From Lytechinus pictus (taxonomy: Eukaryota), in NCBI RefSeq assembly GCF_037042905.1, contig NC_087245.1, forward strand, positions 24,368,001 to 24,432,000: a DNA stretch of 64,000 bases. The letters run 5' to 3'. Both the position numbers and the translations under genes were made by a program. Position 1 is the stretch's first letter. Every line of letters begins with the position of its first letter. The notes beneath the pieces are model-generated. The model ran no database searches. It was not told the DNA's origin and was given only the letters and a program-made list of their open reading frames with translations. This document shows, in pieces, positions 14,434-26,917 of this stretch.

Positions 14434-15265
14434 CATGGACCTATCACAAATGGACATTCAACGAATCCCCTCCTTTCGGCCGAAGACTGTCACCGCTAAT
14501 CCTTTTATAAACGGAGCGCTGGCAGCTGACGCCCATCAAGCCGGTCGTAAAACACGCTATCACTGATGGACAGCGGAAATCAATTGTACGCTGCTCCTAC
14601 CCATTGTAATGTTGTTGGTTCACTTTATCAAAAGGAACGCACAGCAGCAAACGTTAGCGCTATGAAAATGATTGCAGAAAGAAGAAAACAGGCGTGCATA
14701 AACATATGTGTTAAGTACATCGCAAACAACCGCACATGAAATGCATTGACATCACCTTGCAGATCAGTATATCTACAGCAAAAAAGCAGTTGAAATTCGA
14801 CGGAGAAATGTGCGTAAAAATGTTTAAAATGCATCTTTTTCGGACAGTATTGGTGTCGATAGTAGCGCTTACCTTCGGTCAGAAGTTGATTTTCATTTGG
14901 GCGTAAAATTCCAGAGGATTGGCAAAATTTAATAGGATTTTTTGTGATGATCAGACGACAATTGCACAGTATTGACACTTGACAGCGTGAAATACTAGTA
15001 ATGTATTGAAAACAATAGGTAATGCAGGGACTTTCCCTGATCGCAGCAATCGAGCTTACATGACCGCATCTGGTCGAAAGAGGGCCAGAAATCGGGCGTT
15101 GACTGTCAATGTCCGAGAAGGGAATGAGTAAACAACCGCCCCGGGCGCTCGTCGTAAAAAAAGCGCAAAGAGAAAGTTGACTGTGAGACAGCAATTTTGA
15201 CAGCTGGAAAAGGGTGGTGGCCATAAAATGCTCTCGTTGAATGTCCATTTGTAAATAGGTCCATG
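14434..15265. mobile_element. P-element-like non-autonomous transposon
   Basis: ~31-bp TIR CATGGACCTAT(C/TT)ACAAATGGACATTCAACGA, CA..TG termini, and an exact 7-bp TSD TTTAAAC (14427-14433, 15266-15272). Confidence 0.8.
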
Positions 15266-15335
15266 TTTAAACCATGCATGGTCAAATTGCTTTGTTTGTA
15301 TTAAAAGTGTTAACCCATGGATCGTGTAGCGCTAC

Positions 15336-15498
15336 CTGGGGAGAATTTCATGAGAGGACTTGTTGGACGTTCATCCAACAATTACTGTTTTATCCGAGAT
15401 TTACTGTAGTAACATTGCTTCTCAGCCAATCAAAATGAAGGAAAGTTGTCAGATCTGACAACATGTCGGACAGAAAATGTTGATGAAATGCTCCCCTG
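15336..15498. mobile_element. CWG-target MITE (X-box/CCAAT family)
   Basis: CTG-GGGAGAATTTCAT...ATGAAATGCTCCC-CTG. Homologous to 20581-20719 and 40982-41144. Confidence 0.7.
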
Positions 15499-15516
15499 TA
15501 CATACATGTAGCTGGT

Positions 15517-15684
15517 TAGTCTAGTTCTAGACGATTTCAATTGATTCCTATTCTCCGTCGTATCGTACTATCCCTTTCGTGCGTACGCCCCAGCCGAGTG
15601 AGCGTGCAAATCAGAGAAATAGGTTCTGGAAAGTACAATACGACGGAGAATAGGAATCAATAGAAATCGTCTAGAACTAGACTA
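15517..15684. mobile_element. AcademH-like palindromic MITE
   Basis: Long TIR TAGTCTAGTTCTAGACGATTTC...GAAATCGTCTAGAACTAGACTA, with 9-bp flanks GTAGCTGGT / ATAGCTGGT. Confidence 0.8.
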
Positions 15685-16988
15685 ATAGCTGGTTGAAAAC
15701 CCTCTTCATTGAATGCTTTCAAACTTCAACATGAACCATGATTTGACTCCATGTACTCAGCATGCAGCATACATGTGTAGACCTCCAGTCAGACTCAAAG
15801 TGACCCTGTGAACCTTGTGAACTTGGCTTATCTCTCTCACATGGGTATGCCAGCCTGCCTGCCTGTCTTGCCTGCTTGTGTATAGCTTGCCTAAGATCTG
15901 GGGCTTGAAAACGAGATGTTGACATGTTTGGCTGGTCAACCAGATGATGGTTTTCCCAGTAGAGTGAGTTTGGCAAAAGAAGGTATTTTCCCTGTGCCAC
16001 TTTACTATGGTTTAAAATAAAACCCATTTTTTGCTGTGAATAGTCCCTTGAGCATTTGAGCCCACCACCATCCATCATTTTTTTTATTCATTGAAAAATG
16101 TGATGTGGATTGTGGAAAGTCACACTGTCCACAAACTTTTCAGCCGTCAAACTGAAAATACTGTGCAGTTTAAAATTCCTATCCACTAGTTATTTGCGAG
16201 CATCCTTTTTTTAGAGAACGTATTTGATTCAAATTTATGAATTGCTATGGTTTGAATGATACTCCAATAAAAAAAAAAAACATTATAATTTAGGGATAAT
16301 ACTTTAATGTCTTCAAACAGCCTGTATTTATCTTGTCATGAATTACTATAAAATGTTTGTTTTTTTTTTGGTTAAAACGGTATTAGATAATTAGGGTTGG
16401 GAATTTTGACAAAATACTTGTTTTGGGTTTTTAAAAAAATATTTAAAAAGAATATTGTGGATGGTTACCAGTCCTGTTTAAAGGCCATTTTCATACCATG
16501 ATGAAAAATTGATAGTCTACATTTTGTTAAAATAGCACCGTCCCCCCCCCCCCCCCCAGTTTTAAAGGCAACAAATAACAGAAAATTGCTTAGAATGCAT
16601 GCATGGTTTGAACTATAAAATAATTTTTTAGAGCTATTAAACCTACCATACATACAGTAATAGTATATGCAACCCTGCATGCAGGCTTGACTTGAGTTTC
16701 GTTTTGTTTTTTCATCATTAAAATTCTCAGTCTCAAATTCAAAACATTGGTATTAAGCCCTATAGTTCTTCTTTTCTTGTTTTGGAGGCGATTCATTCAT
16801 GGCATCAATGTGGTATTTCTTTTACCTACGGTGCTATTACCATGGTTTGAAAGCAAAAGTTTGTTGTGAGGTTACATGTATAGCGAGGCAAGGTTATCCC
16901 GGGATAGTTTATCGTGATCCGAGCATTTACACTGATGCCAACACCGCTATGTCCAGTCTCAGGACAGTCCCGGGACTATACATGTAGT

Positions 16989-17149
16989 TAGTCTGCAGAC
17001 ACAGACCCTGATTGAAATTTGATCAGCAAGTGTGTCTCCACGCAAAGACTAGCACATACAAAACTTGCTGTTGAGCGAGAGGGCCTTCATTACACGTAGG
17101 CTGCACATTCAGACCCTTAACTTGAGTGAAGGGTTTGCACAGCAGACAA
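16989..17149. mobile_element. Second copy of the 10428-10596 MITE
   Basis: Near-colinear sequence (CACAGACCCTGATTGAAA...GTAGGCTGCACATTCAGACCCTTAACTTGAGTGAAGGG). TSD not recognisable. Confidence 0.7.
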
Positions 17150-17709
17150 GACTGTATAAGTGGTAGAGGCCAGTGTGCATGTGATGCAAGATTCATGAGC
17201 AAGCAGCTCTTTCTACATTTTCTACTCCCCCCCCCCCTGTATTTGCCAAACATCCCATTTTTATTGTTCAGGGCATCCACCAGGAAAATCGTTTCCAGTT
17301 GTGCAGATACAGTTAGTATATTTTACATGTACATGTATAATTTTTATTGCCAAGAAGCTATTATTTTACCTAAATATAGATTTTTTTTGTCTGCAGACAC
17401 TACACTGAGAATGCTGCTGCTACTGCCAACAGATGTTGATTTGTAACAAAAAATGGAGAAGGATTCTGTTCCCATGATCCCATCCATCCCATTTCCATCA
17501 ATTTGTAGAGTCTTGCCATTTGTGTGATAAAAAAATAAAATCAATACTTTGAATTTGAGTTTTCTGAAAATATGATAAGGATTTTTAATAATGATGTCAC
17601 ATTACCCTACCCATCAAAATCTTTGGATAGTACTTGGGAATATAAAGACAGAGCCAGTACGTGTACATAGGGTATTCATTGATATAGTCTTAAAACATTT
17701 TAAAAAGAA

Positions 17710-20279
17710 GAGCATGATCGGTTAAGGGTTAGCATTGAGGTGAAATTTTTTTTTTTAGATATTTCTATCAAAATTGCTTTTAAGATAATCTTTGATATCT
17801 CAGGTTTCAAAGAATTCAGTTTCATGAAGATTGATAAATCCGAAAGTACTGGAATAGTCCATTTTATTCGTGGGGGTGCTATTACCTCTCATCACGGACG
17901 GACATTTTTACTTAAATTAAATTCTCTCTAGTTTTATTGTTTTTAAAGTTATTCTAATTTGGTTTGGATGTTCTTGCACTCTGAACATTAATCTATTATC
18001 AAACATAAATTAGTAGAAAAAAAATATTGGGAAGTAATTTTTTTTGGTAGGTGTGAACATTTCCATTTTGAAATTTCCGTCCGTGATGAAAAAAAATATA
18101 AAAAGTTTTTTTATTTTTTATCAGAATAGAAATAAAAAATAAAAAGGTGTAGAGGTATCTCACTAAACACTGTACATCATTTTATTTGAACATAGCTGAA
18201 ATCCATACTTTTTATCCATATCATAAACTCAATCAAAAATGATCACGGACGGACATTAATTTCATCACGGACGGACAGTGTAAATTCACTCAAACTCAAT
18301 TCACTCTAGTTTTATTGTTTTCAAAGTTACTCCAATTTGGTTTGGATTTTCTTGTACTCTGAACATTAATCTATCATCAATAGTAGAAAAAATATGGGAA
18401 GTAAATTTTTCTGGTAGATGTTAACATTCCATTTTGAAATTTCCGTCCGTGATGAAATTAATGTCCGTCCGTGATCATTTTTATTGAGTTTATGATATGG
18501 ATAATCTGTATGGATTCAGCTTTTTATTCTTTATCAGAATAGAAACAAAAATAAAAGTGTGTAGAAGCATCTCACTAGACACTGTACATCATTTCATTTG
18601 AATATAGCTAAAATCCATACATTTTATCCATATCATAAATCAATCAAAATAATCGCAGACGGACATTAATTTCATCACGGACAGACAATGAGCAAATACT
18701 GAGCAGATTATGAATTTAATTTTAGTTCCAATTTGCAGTGAAAAATGGTACTGAGAATTATTCAGAACTCAAATGGATGGAAACCTACAACTCTTCACAA
18801 TTTTTTGTGAAATCTTTCTTTGGCTGTTATTGGGGCTTAATTGTTGTCAGGAAATTTTTTTTAAACATAAATGGAATGCAGATAGAGTTGGAAGTTACAT
18901 GTATGCCAAAAAGCTGGAAATGAAATAGAGCAAGAATAAGTCAAAAGCTGTATATTTCATCAATTGAAGCTTGCAGAAAGTGATGGAAAAGAAGAAAGTA
19001 GAATGCATATTCTGATAAGCAGAAAAAAAAATCATTGTTTTTTTTCCATGTACAAACCTATGGATTCACAATGCTTCTAATAGAACATGACATCACGTCC
19101 CTGAGGCTTGTGAAAAGTACAAGAATTCTTTTTCTAAGTCCATTTTGGAGCTAATTTTGGGCAAATTGCTGATCTGGTAATCTGAAAATGCATACAATTC
19201 ATATAAAGCTTGCACTGCAGTGTTTAGAAGTTTAATTGGTATCTGATTTCAATTTTGGATTCGGTCAGGGCCTAAATACATGAGGGCTGTTGATGTGAAG
19301 GGGTGTCTCCTCTTTAATATGGACAAAAGATGAATTTGAAGAGAGCCTGGACAAGTGTTGTGGTCATACTTGATCTACCAAACAAGCATAATGATCAGCA
19401 ACCTGTGTATCTTTTGGATTTAGTCAATGGACATAAAAAAAAAAATCTGTGCTCTTCGAAAATTAATGCCTAAAAATGTATGAACATGTATCATCATGAT
19501 GTATCGTAAAAAGTATCAACATGATCATTGATCCACTGGATGTTGATTTGGTACCAACTATAGTATTCTCTAAATTGAAAAGAAGACAATGTGCATTTAA
19601 TAGGATATTTGATTTTGAAAAGAACTGTGTTTAAAAGCAATCATATGGCTACATTATTTTGTGTGTCTAGCATAGAAATCATGTTGCTACAACTCAAATC
19701 AAGTTGTAGCAACTTGATTGAAGTTGTAGCAACTTGATTGTGCAACTAATATTGTTTAATCATATAAAAAAATGTACAAATTATCAATACAATAGCATTT
19801 GTTCCCCCAAACAAGTAATAAGAACTTCTTACAAGGTACTTCCAATGTATTTTAATTGTGTCCGTCCGTGATGTCCGTCCGAGATGTCCGTCCGTGATGG
19901 AAAATATTTGCAATTCTCTCAGAAGTTTGATATTGGTTGAGAATTCAATATGCTGAACATAGAAGCTAACATACCTGAGTGTAAGTTGCATTAACAATTA
20001 TTGGTCAAAGTTAAGCTATTTAGATAGAAACAATAAAAATGTTCAAAAATTCTGAAAACCACATTTCTATCATGTCCGTCCGTGATATGGCACATTTAGT
20101 GGCTACCTATGTTTGTAGGTAACCATGGCAACAAACTTTTTTCATCATTCAGCATACTTTGTCCTACCCTTCACTATAAAACAAAAAGGAACCATGTTCA
20201 TCTTATTCCTAATTTGTTACAAGCCTTCAAAGTTTTCAAAATCTATCAAATGTCCGTCCGTGATGAACCGATCACGCTC
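17710..20279. mobile_element. Sola2-like non-autonomous element, 2.57 kb, with arrays of ATCACGGACGGACA
   Basis: TIR GAGCATGATCGGTT / AACCGATCACGCTC (13/14), GAG..CTC ends and 4-bp flanks AGAA/AGTA. About a dozen copies of the motif in both orientations. Confidence 0.65.
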
Positions 20280-20580
20280 AGTATTGCATTAATTCAATCT
20301 TCAAATGCATGTTTTGAGCGCAGAAAAGGCCCACACCATTAATCCATGTAGGCTTATAATCCCTTCCCAAGCAGGAAAATACTGTTACGATTTATGTTCA
20401 CACAGGAATATCATTGCTTGAATTGTCTAGCTCAAGTACATGTACATGAACAGTAGCTGCCAAATTTGTGTTTATATCCCTTTTGTACTGATCTTTTCCC
20501 TTTTCCTCAGCGAACTTTGCAAGCACGCATTCCCCGCTGCCCCGGCGACGAGAAAAATTTGTGGCCATCCGCATTGACAT

Positions 20581-20719
20581 CAGGGGAGCCTTTCATCTGA
20601 CAAGTCTTGTTTTATCCAACAGTTTATAGGAACTGTGCTTTTTTCTAGCCAATCAAAATCAAGGAAAGTTGTCTGATCTGACAACTTGTCGGACATATTT
20701 GTTGATGAAACCTCCCCTG
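20581..20719. mobile_element. CWG-target MITE (X-box/CCAAT family)
   Basis: CAG-GGGAGCCTTTCATC...GATGAAACCTCCC-CTG. Shares AGCCAATCAAAAT.AAGGAAAGTTGTC.GATCTGACAAC with 15424-15462. Confidence 0.7.
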
Positions 20720-20733
20720 ATCCATGGGGAAAG

Positions 20734-21343
20734 TTAAAGGTCAAGTCCACCTCAGAAAAATGTTGATTTGAATCAATAGAGAAAAATCAGACGAGCACAA
20801 TGCTGAAAATTTCATCAAAATCGGATGTAAAATAAGAAAGTTATGACATTTCAAAGTTTCGCTTATTTTTAACAAAATAGTTATATGAACGAGCCAGTTA
20901 CATCCAAAGAGAGAGTCGATGACATCACTCACTCACTATTTCTTTTGTTTTTTATTGTTTGAAATATACAATATTTCAATTTTTACGGATTTGACGATTA
21001 GGACCTCCTTGCCTGAAGCACAAAATGTTAAAATAATGGAATTCCACGTGTTCAGGGAGGAATGAAACTTCATTTCACATGACAATGACGAGAAAATAAA
21101 AATATTTCATATTTCATATAATAAAAAACAAAAGAAATAGTGAGTGAGTGACATCATCGACTCTCTCATTTGGATGTAACTGGCTCGTTCACATAACTAT
21201 TTTGTTAGAAATAAGCTAAACTTTAAAATGTCATAACTTTCTTATTTTACATCCGATTTTGATGAAATTTTCAGTGTTATGCTGGTTGAATTTTTCTCTT
21301 TTTATTCAAATCACGTTTTTGTTGGGGTGGACTTGTCCTTTAA
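20734..21343. mobile_element. Kolobok-like MITE, family K1, second copy
   Basis: TTAA-AGGTCAAGTCCACC...GGTGGACTTGTCCT-TTAA, with inverted arms of >200 bp. Homologous to 2014-2630. Confidence 0.85.
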
Positions 21344-21842
21344 TAACAAGCGATTGAGATTGGACAGAAGTATTAGCCACTGCCTGTACACTCTGGTTTT
21401 GCATTCCTTGTTTTCTTCTTATCAACTAGGATTCAGTGCGGGTTTTTGCGTAACAAAAAAATATGAAAATTTTCAATAAAAGGAAAACAAGTATTAATGC
21501 AAGAGTAGAATGTACTCTTTGCTGCCACTGTACAGTCTTTTTTCCCCCAATTCTTGCCAGAACTTTCCCCATATCATCAACATCTTTGGATTCAGATCCA
21601 AAATGTGAAAAGTTGTAGATCCTATCAAAATGCTTTCCATTGTAGATGCAAATCAATTTTCTGGAAACTTCCACAGTATCCACTGCACCTGAAAATGACA
21701 AATGTCTAGACTTTGCAAATTGCAATGAAATATCTTATTCCATTTTCTCATGTTCTCCATAGAAAATGCAAAGTTAAATTTCATTTTGATGAAAAGTGTA
21801 TTCCGCATCCCCCACTTCTGAATTTTCTCAAAACAATACTAT

Positions 21843-22208
21843 TTAAAGATAAATACCAGTTTTGATAACAATCTCAAAATGAGTTCGAACAGAATCCAAT
21901 AAAATTACCACCCAAGTGTTTGTATGTACATGTATGAATAAAACATACGTGCCAAGTGGCTCTGGAAGAAAATTTGTAATTTGTAAATCAAATGTCGGGT
22001 ATTTTTCCGAGCAATGTTAATACACTGTCCCACATATGCTTTCCTGCGTTCAGAATTCAGAATTATCGGTTTTCAGCTGAAATTTCATGATTTCACAAAG
22101 ATAAGTTGATTTCAATGTACCAGATCTAGATCTATGATAATGTATTGTATTTGTGACAACTGTCTCATAAAATAATTGTTTGCTGCTACTACTATCTTTT
22201 ACCTTTAG
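21843..22208 (+). mobile_element. Kolobok-like MITE, family K2
   Basis: Begins TTAAAGATAAATACCAGT. Homologous reverse-orientation copies at ~13845-14199 and ~56060-56277. Confidence 0.65.
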
Positions 22209-22704
22209 TGTTGGTGTTCTGTGCAAAGCAGTGCCATGTGAACATACAGTAGCATGAGCCATCCAGATTTGGTTGTTTACATCGTGAGTTTCACGGCAAT
22301 CCCCAGGGACCTGGTTAACAAGGCTAACCATTTACATATATTACATTTAATTGCTTTCTGCTACACACATAGGGTTATTAGCACTTTAGCTACTCTGTGG
22401 AAATTAAGGAGATGTTATTGAGTGAGCTGAGACTGTCTGGTAATTGTCTCGCTGCCATTTGGCCACTTGAGTTAATTTAGAGACAGGGACATGGTGGGTT
22501 CATGCTCTTAGTAATCAAAGCATTTCAATTATGAAGTCAGTGATGAGACAAATTGAGAGCAGGCTTTTAATTTGGAAAGGTGTACTACAGTGTAAGTACT
22601 TGCATTATGTATTCATTATTTGTCCCATATTTTTTCTTCTGTGAAATTTTGTTGAAATGCTAAATTTTGATGATAAAGGTGTATGGTGAGCATTCAGAGT
22701 GCTG

Positions 22705-23283
22705 TTTTTGTCTCACCTGCATAGCAGAGTGAGACTATAGGCGCCGCTTTTCCGAAGGCGGCGACGGCGGCGTCAACACCAAATCTTAATCGAAGGTTAA
22801 GTTTTTGAAATGACAGCATAACTTAGAAAGTATATGGACCTAGTTCATGAAACTTGGCCATAAGGTTAATCAAGTATTACTGAACATCCTGCCTGAGTTT
22901 CATGTCACATGACCAAGGTTAAAGGTCATTTACACGTAGGGTCAATGAACTTTGGCCAAATGGGGGTATCTGTTGAATTACCATCATAACTTTGAAAGTT
23001 TATGGATCTGACTCATGAAACTTGGAAATAAGAGTAATCAAGTATCACTGAGCATCCTGTGCGAGTTTTAGGTCACATGTTCAAGGTCAAAGGTCATGTA
23101 AGGTTAATGAACTTTTGCCATGTTGGGGGTATTTGTTGAATTACCATCATATCTCTGTAAGTGTATTGGTCTACTTCATAAAACGTGGACATCTTGTGCG
23201 AGTTATAGTAGTTTTCAAAGTCAGCACTGCTGCTATATTGAATCGCGTGATGCAGGTGAGACCGCCAGAGGCATTCCACTTGT
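22705..23283 (+). mobile_element. Helentron-associated (HINE/DINE-1-like) element, copy 1
   Basis: Starts in a T-run. Subterminal IR GTCTCACCTGCAT / ATGCAGGTGAGAC, a 5' partial IR (GTGAGAC), a short (GGC)n tract, central ~165-bp tandem units, and a 3' tail ending CCACTTGT. Confidence 0.75.
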
Positions 23284-23469
23284 TGTCTTAAGTTGCTTCA
23301 TCCATCAATATTTAAAGAGATTGTCACTAGTACCTGTATATTTTATCATCAGTGCAGTACTGTCTACATTTGTGTATGATGTACTTCCGTGTATATCTTG
23401 GAAAAATAGGGCCTCGAGCAATTGTTGAAATTCTGTCTCCCAATAACTCCTGATTTTTGAAATCTTAAC

Positions 23470-24070
23470 AGAGATCCTACTACACTGTAGTTTGAAATTT
23501 ACTGGGAGTCCATTATAAAAAAAACTGGCTCCAATATAGGAAAAACGATTGTCTTTTAAATTCTGTCTTTGCATGGGGAAGTTGGACGGGGCAATTTAAA
23601 GAATAACGGGTTCTATAATTTGGGGTTCGTTTTGCATATCAATGATACTACCGGTAGATAAGTCGGTAATAGATTGTTTAGTATTTTAAAAACAAGAACA
23701 CAATAATGCACTGCTCAACTGATTGCCATTTCAGTGTGTAGGAGTGTAGAGCTATATGATAATCTTTATTCAGAATCATTCTGACATATTTATTTTGGAG
23801 TTTTTGTATCTTACTGAAATGAGTGTTTGCACAGCTTCCCCAAGATACATGTATACCACAATAATCAACATAAGGCAAAAATCATAGAAAAGTACAGATT
23901 CTTCATAATTTTAAAAGACAGTATTAATGATTTATCCTCCGTATACAACCAATTGCCCGAGATATTTTATAAACAATAGTAGAAACATGTTCACACCAAG
24001 TCAAACCACAAAGTCGAGCATACAATGTACAAAGTAACACCTAAAGTATTTTACCTTTACATTTTCCAAA
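23470..24070 (-). pseudogene. Decayed LINE (CR1/L2-like) ORF2 C-terminal fragment
   Basis: Minus-strand peptides GLTWCEHVSTIVYKISRAIGCIRRI, PYVDYCG(IHV)SWG...IQKLQNKYVRMIL and FSYIGASFFYNGLP follow the order of post-RT motifs in CR1/L2 ORF2. Broken by frameshifts and stops. Confidence 0.75.
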
Positions 24071-25074
24071 GGTAAGTTTCTAAAGTTTATTGACAAAATA
24101 GTATTTCCCAATTTTTCTTATTACGAAATCCCATGACTTAGTTTTTTGTGGGTGCAAACGCATATTATTCAAATCTAATCATTTGCATATTGAAACAAAA
24201 ATCATCTTGCAGGTGTTTCTGTACATCCAGTTAATTATAAATTTTGATTAAAAAATTCACTTTCCTCCTTTGTTTTACACATGGAATTATTTGCACGACA
24301 TCTTTTATCTATAAGGTTGTAAAATATTTGCTATGTTTTGTTTCATTGTATACTATTATAGAAATAGTAAAACTTAACTTACTTTGGTTTACAACCAGTT
24401 AATTATAGATTTTGATGAAATTTCACTTTCCCCATTCATTTAACACATGGACAAAATGACAAATGTCCTGTACGTCACTGCGTGGATGTTTACAGTTCAA
24501 GCTATTCCATAATAACAGTGAATTCTGTCATTTAAAATATAGCTAATACTATCTAGATGAAAACATGATAAATGAGATATTTCAAGCTTTTTCCAATTCA
24601 CAGAGTTTAAATGACAAAGTATTTTTTTAATTCAATTTTTGTCCGGTCCCGTACATGTAAGTCACAGAGCATATTAATTAAAATATTACATTGTTAATGG
24701 AATTGCAGATAACTAATGTTTTTATCAAAAAAGAGGTCACAACTTGTCTTCCAAAATCCATAAAAGATTCTCTGTTGTGTCTTTTATACTTTTATGTTAT
24801 ATAAAGTCTCTAAATTTCTGTACATCACGGGTCAAATAGCTTGGAACTGCCCATGCAAGTTTAGTTTAATCCAAATTCTTAAAAAGGAGATTGAGAATTG
24901 GGATACATTTTCAATGCACGTCTGAATGCAATATTGGGCTGGCTAGATCTGGTACTGGGTACATTCAGTATCTGAATTGATACCAAATAAGATCAAAACA
25001 TTCAGGCCAAACGGGTAGCCTGAAATGAAGAAGGCTTTCCCATCTTCTTGACTTGATGACAGAGAGGTGGTAAA

Positions 25075-26720
25075 CAGGGACTCGGTTTTATAATTATAAG
25101 GGGAGCAATAAAAAGCTCTCCTAGAACTTTTAAGGAGAGCGGTAGAGGAGCACTTCAAAAAGCTCTTCTTCAACATACAAGGGGAGCTTTTTGCCCAATT
25201 AACAAAATGGATGGAGGAAATGTATGTACTATAAAATTACAATCAACAACCAAAGGAAGTATTTATAATTGTTTTACAATGTATTGTAATTAGATTGTGT
25301 GTTGTAAAACCTGTTTTAGTTAGGTTTTGACTTTGGCTAAAAGTTAAGTCAAAACTTTTTTTTTTTTTTTTTCGGGGGCTCCATTTTAATTTTTTTGTCA
25401 AATTTCGGGGGCTCTTTTTAAATGCTATTTTTTTGTATTTTGAGGAATACCTGTTCACTTATTAAGGAATTATTACTTTTGTTTAATATTGTATGATTTT
25501 TAAAGTTATTTATCATGTTTAGAATCTTGGATGTGGGTGTGTGTGGATGGGTGGGTGTGTGTGGGTGTGTGCGTGTGTGTGTGACTGTGAGTTGGACTTG
25601 GATATAAATGAATTCAATATCTAATTTCTACTCCATTTATTCCAGTACAATACCCTAGTCGTACAGTACATGTAATAAAGGCCCATCACATACCCTAACT
25701 TTTCCTGAAGTTCTTTGAAAACGCAGATCTCCATGAAAATTTAATTTCTCTATGGGGGAGTCTAAATTTGGTGAGAATGTATTCATTAAGAACTTAAATA
25801 TACATGACAATGAAGAAATCATCAAACTTTATTGGCAGTTTTGAATAATATTCCTGAAATGTAAACTCTGTCTGAAACAGAAAATCACCATCATTGAGGC
25901 CTTTACTGAGCGAATTGTCCCCCAGAGCTCTGGCAGAGAGACAGAGCTCCAACTGGCTAGCTAGTAAAAGCGCCAATGCGTGAGCCTGCCGCCGTCCTTG
26001 TAAAAAAGATGGAGCTTTGTTTGATGATTTATTGTCTGATATAATACCTCATCCCCTAGAAAAAGAAAACAAATGATTTTTTAGTTATAATTGATAAATT
26101 AGATAACTTATTTTGGAAGTTAATAAGCCGTTTTGAAAAGCAAAGCCGAATGACAACTCACCAATGCTAGGTTACTAGACTCTGGGATTTATTTCCTGTG
26201 TAATTCGAATTATTTTATCACAGAATTGTGATATCTGTAGGGGAAACATGTGCATTCGAAATGGCACACGGTGGTAGTCATAATGGACCCCTATACATGC
26301 AACTCTTTCCCGACCGTTGCGTTGATTTTTTTTTCCATACCTGGTACCATGTGTATGGAAATACGTGGTACAGAAAAAATAACGCAACTTCGGAATTTGA
26401 AACTGCGCTACTCGCTACTTTTAAGGCTTATTCGTGATTTTGAGTGTGGATTTTGGATGGTTTTTAAATGGTAAGCGGAGCTCGAGCATATGGCACTAGT
26501 GGGCCGTTGAGTTGTTATCACTCTGCAATAATTTCGGGGGCGACATTCAGATTTTATGTCGCCCCCGAAAGCATGATTTTGGGTGATTTCGAGGGCGACT
26601 TTGGGCATTTTCGCGCAGGTCAGCTATCGCGAGGCGCGCTATTAATCGCGCTACCAAAAATGGATTAAGGCGCGCATGTAGCGCGCGATCGCTCTCGCGC
26701 GCCTTAAAATCGAGTCCCTG
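25075..26720. mobile_element. Non-autonomous DNA transposon (P- or hAT-like), 1.65 kb
   Basis: TIR CAGGGACTCGGTTTTA / TAAAATCGAGTCCCTG, exact 7-bp TSD TGGTAAA (25068-25074, 26721-26727), and a CpG-rich right end. Confidence 0.75.
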
Positions 26721-26917
26721 TGGTAAAGCAAAATATTTAGTTTCTTTTCAGAACTTATTACCCCTTTATTCTTTTTGAACAAGAATGGAATGCATCCCTG
26801 GGTATAAGATCTCTGCTTGCATCGGCTTTGGAACATGGAATTGATAAGAAGGAGACTGAAGTTTAATAAAAGAATACAGAGATATGTTTGAAAGGAAATG
26901 AGTTGTTCAACAAGCAC

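Noticed and set aside
14628..15248. 206-aa minus-strand ORF, the longest in the track
   Set aside because: It lies within a non-autonomous P-like element and starts inside its TIR. I recognise no THAP or transposase motifs.
17891..20262. Repeated 14-mer resembling a CRISPR or iteron array
   Set aside because: Irregular spacing, both orientations, duplicated intervening sequence, eukaryotic context and no cas genes.
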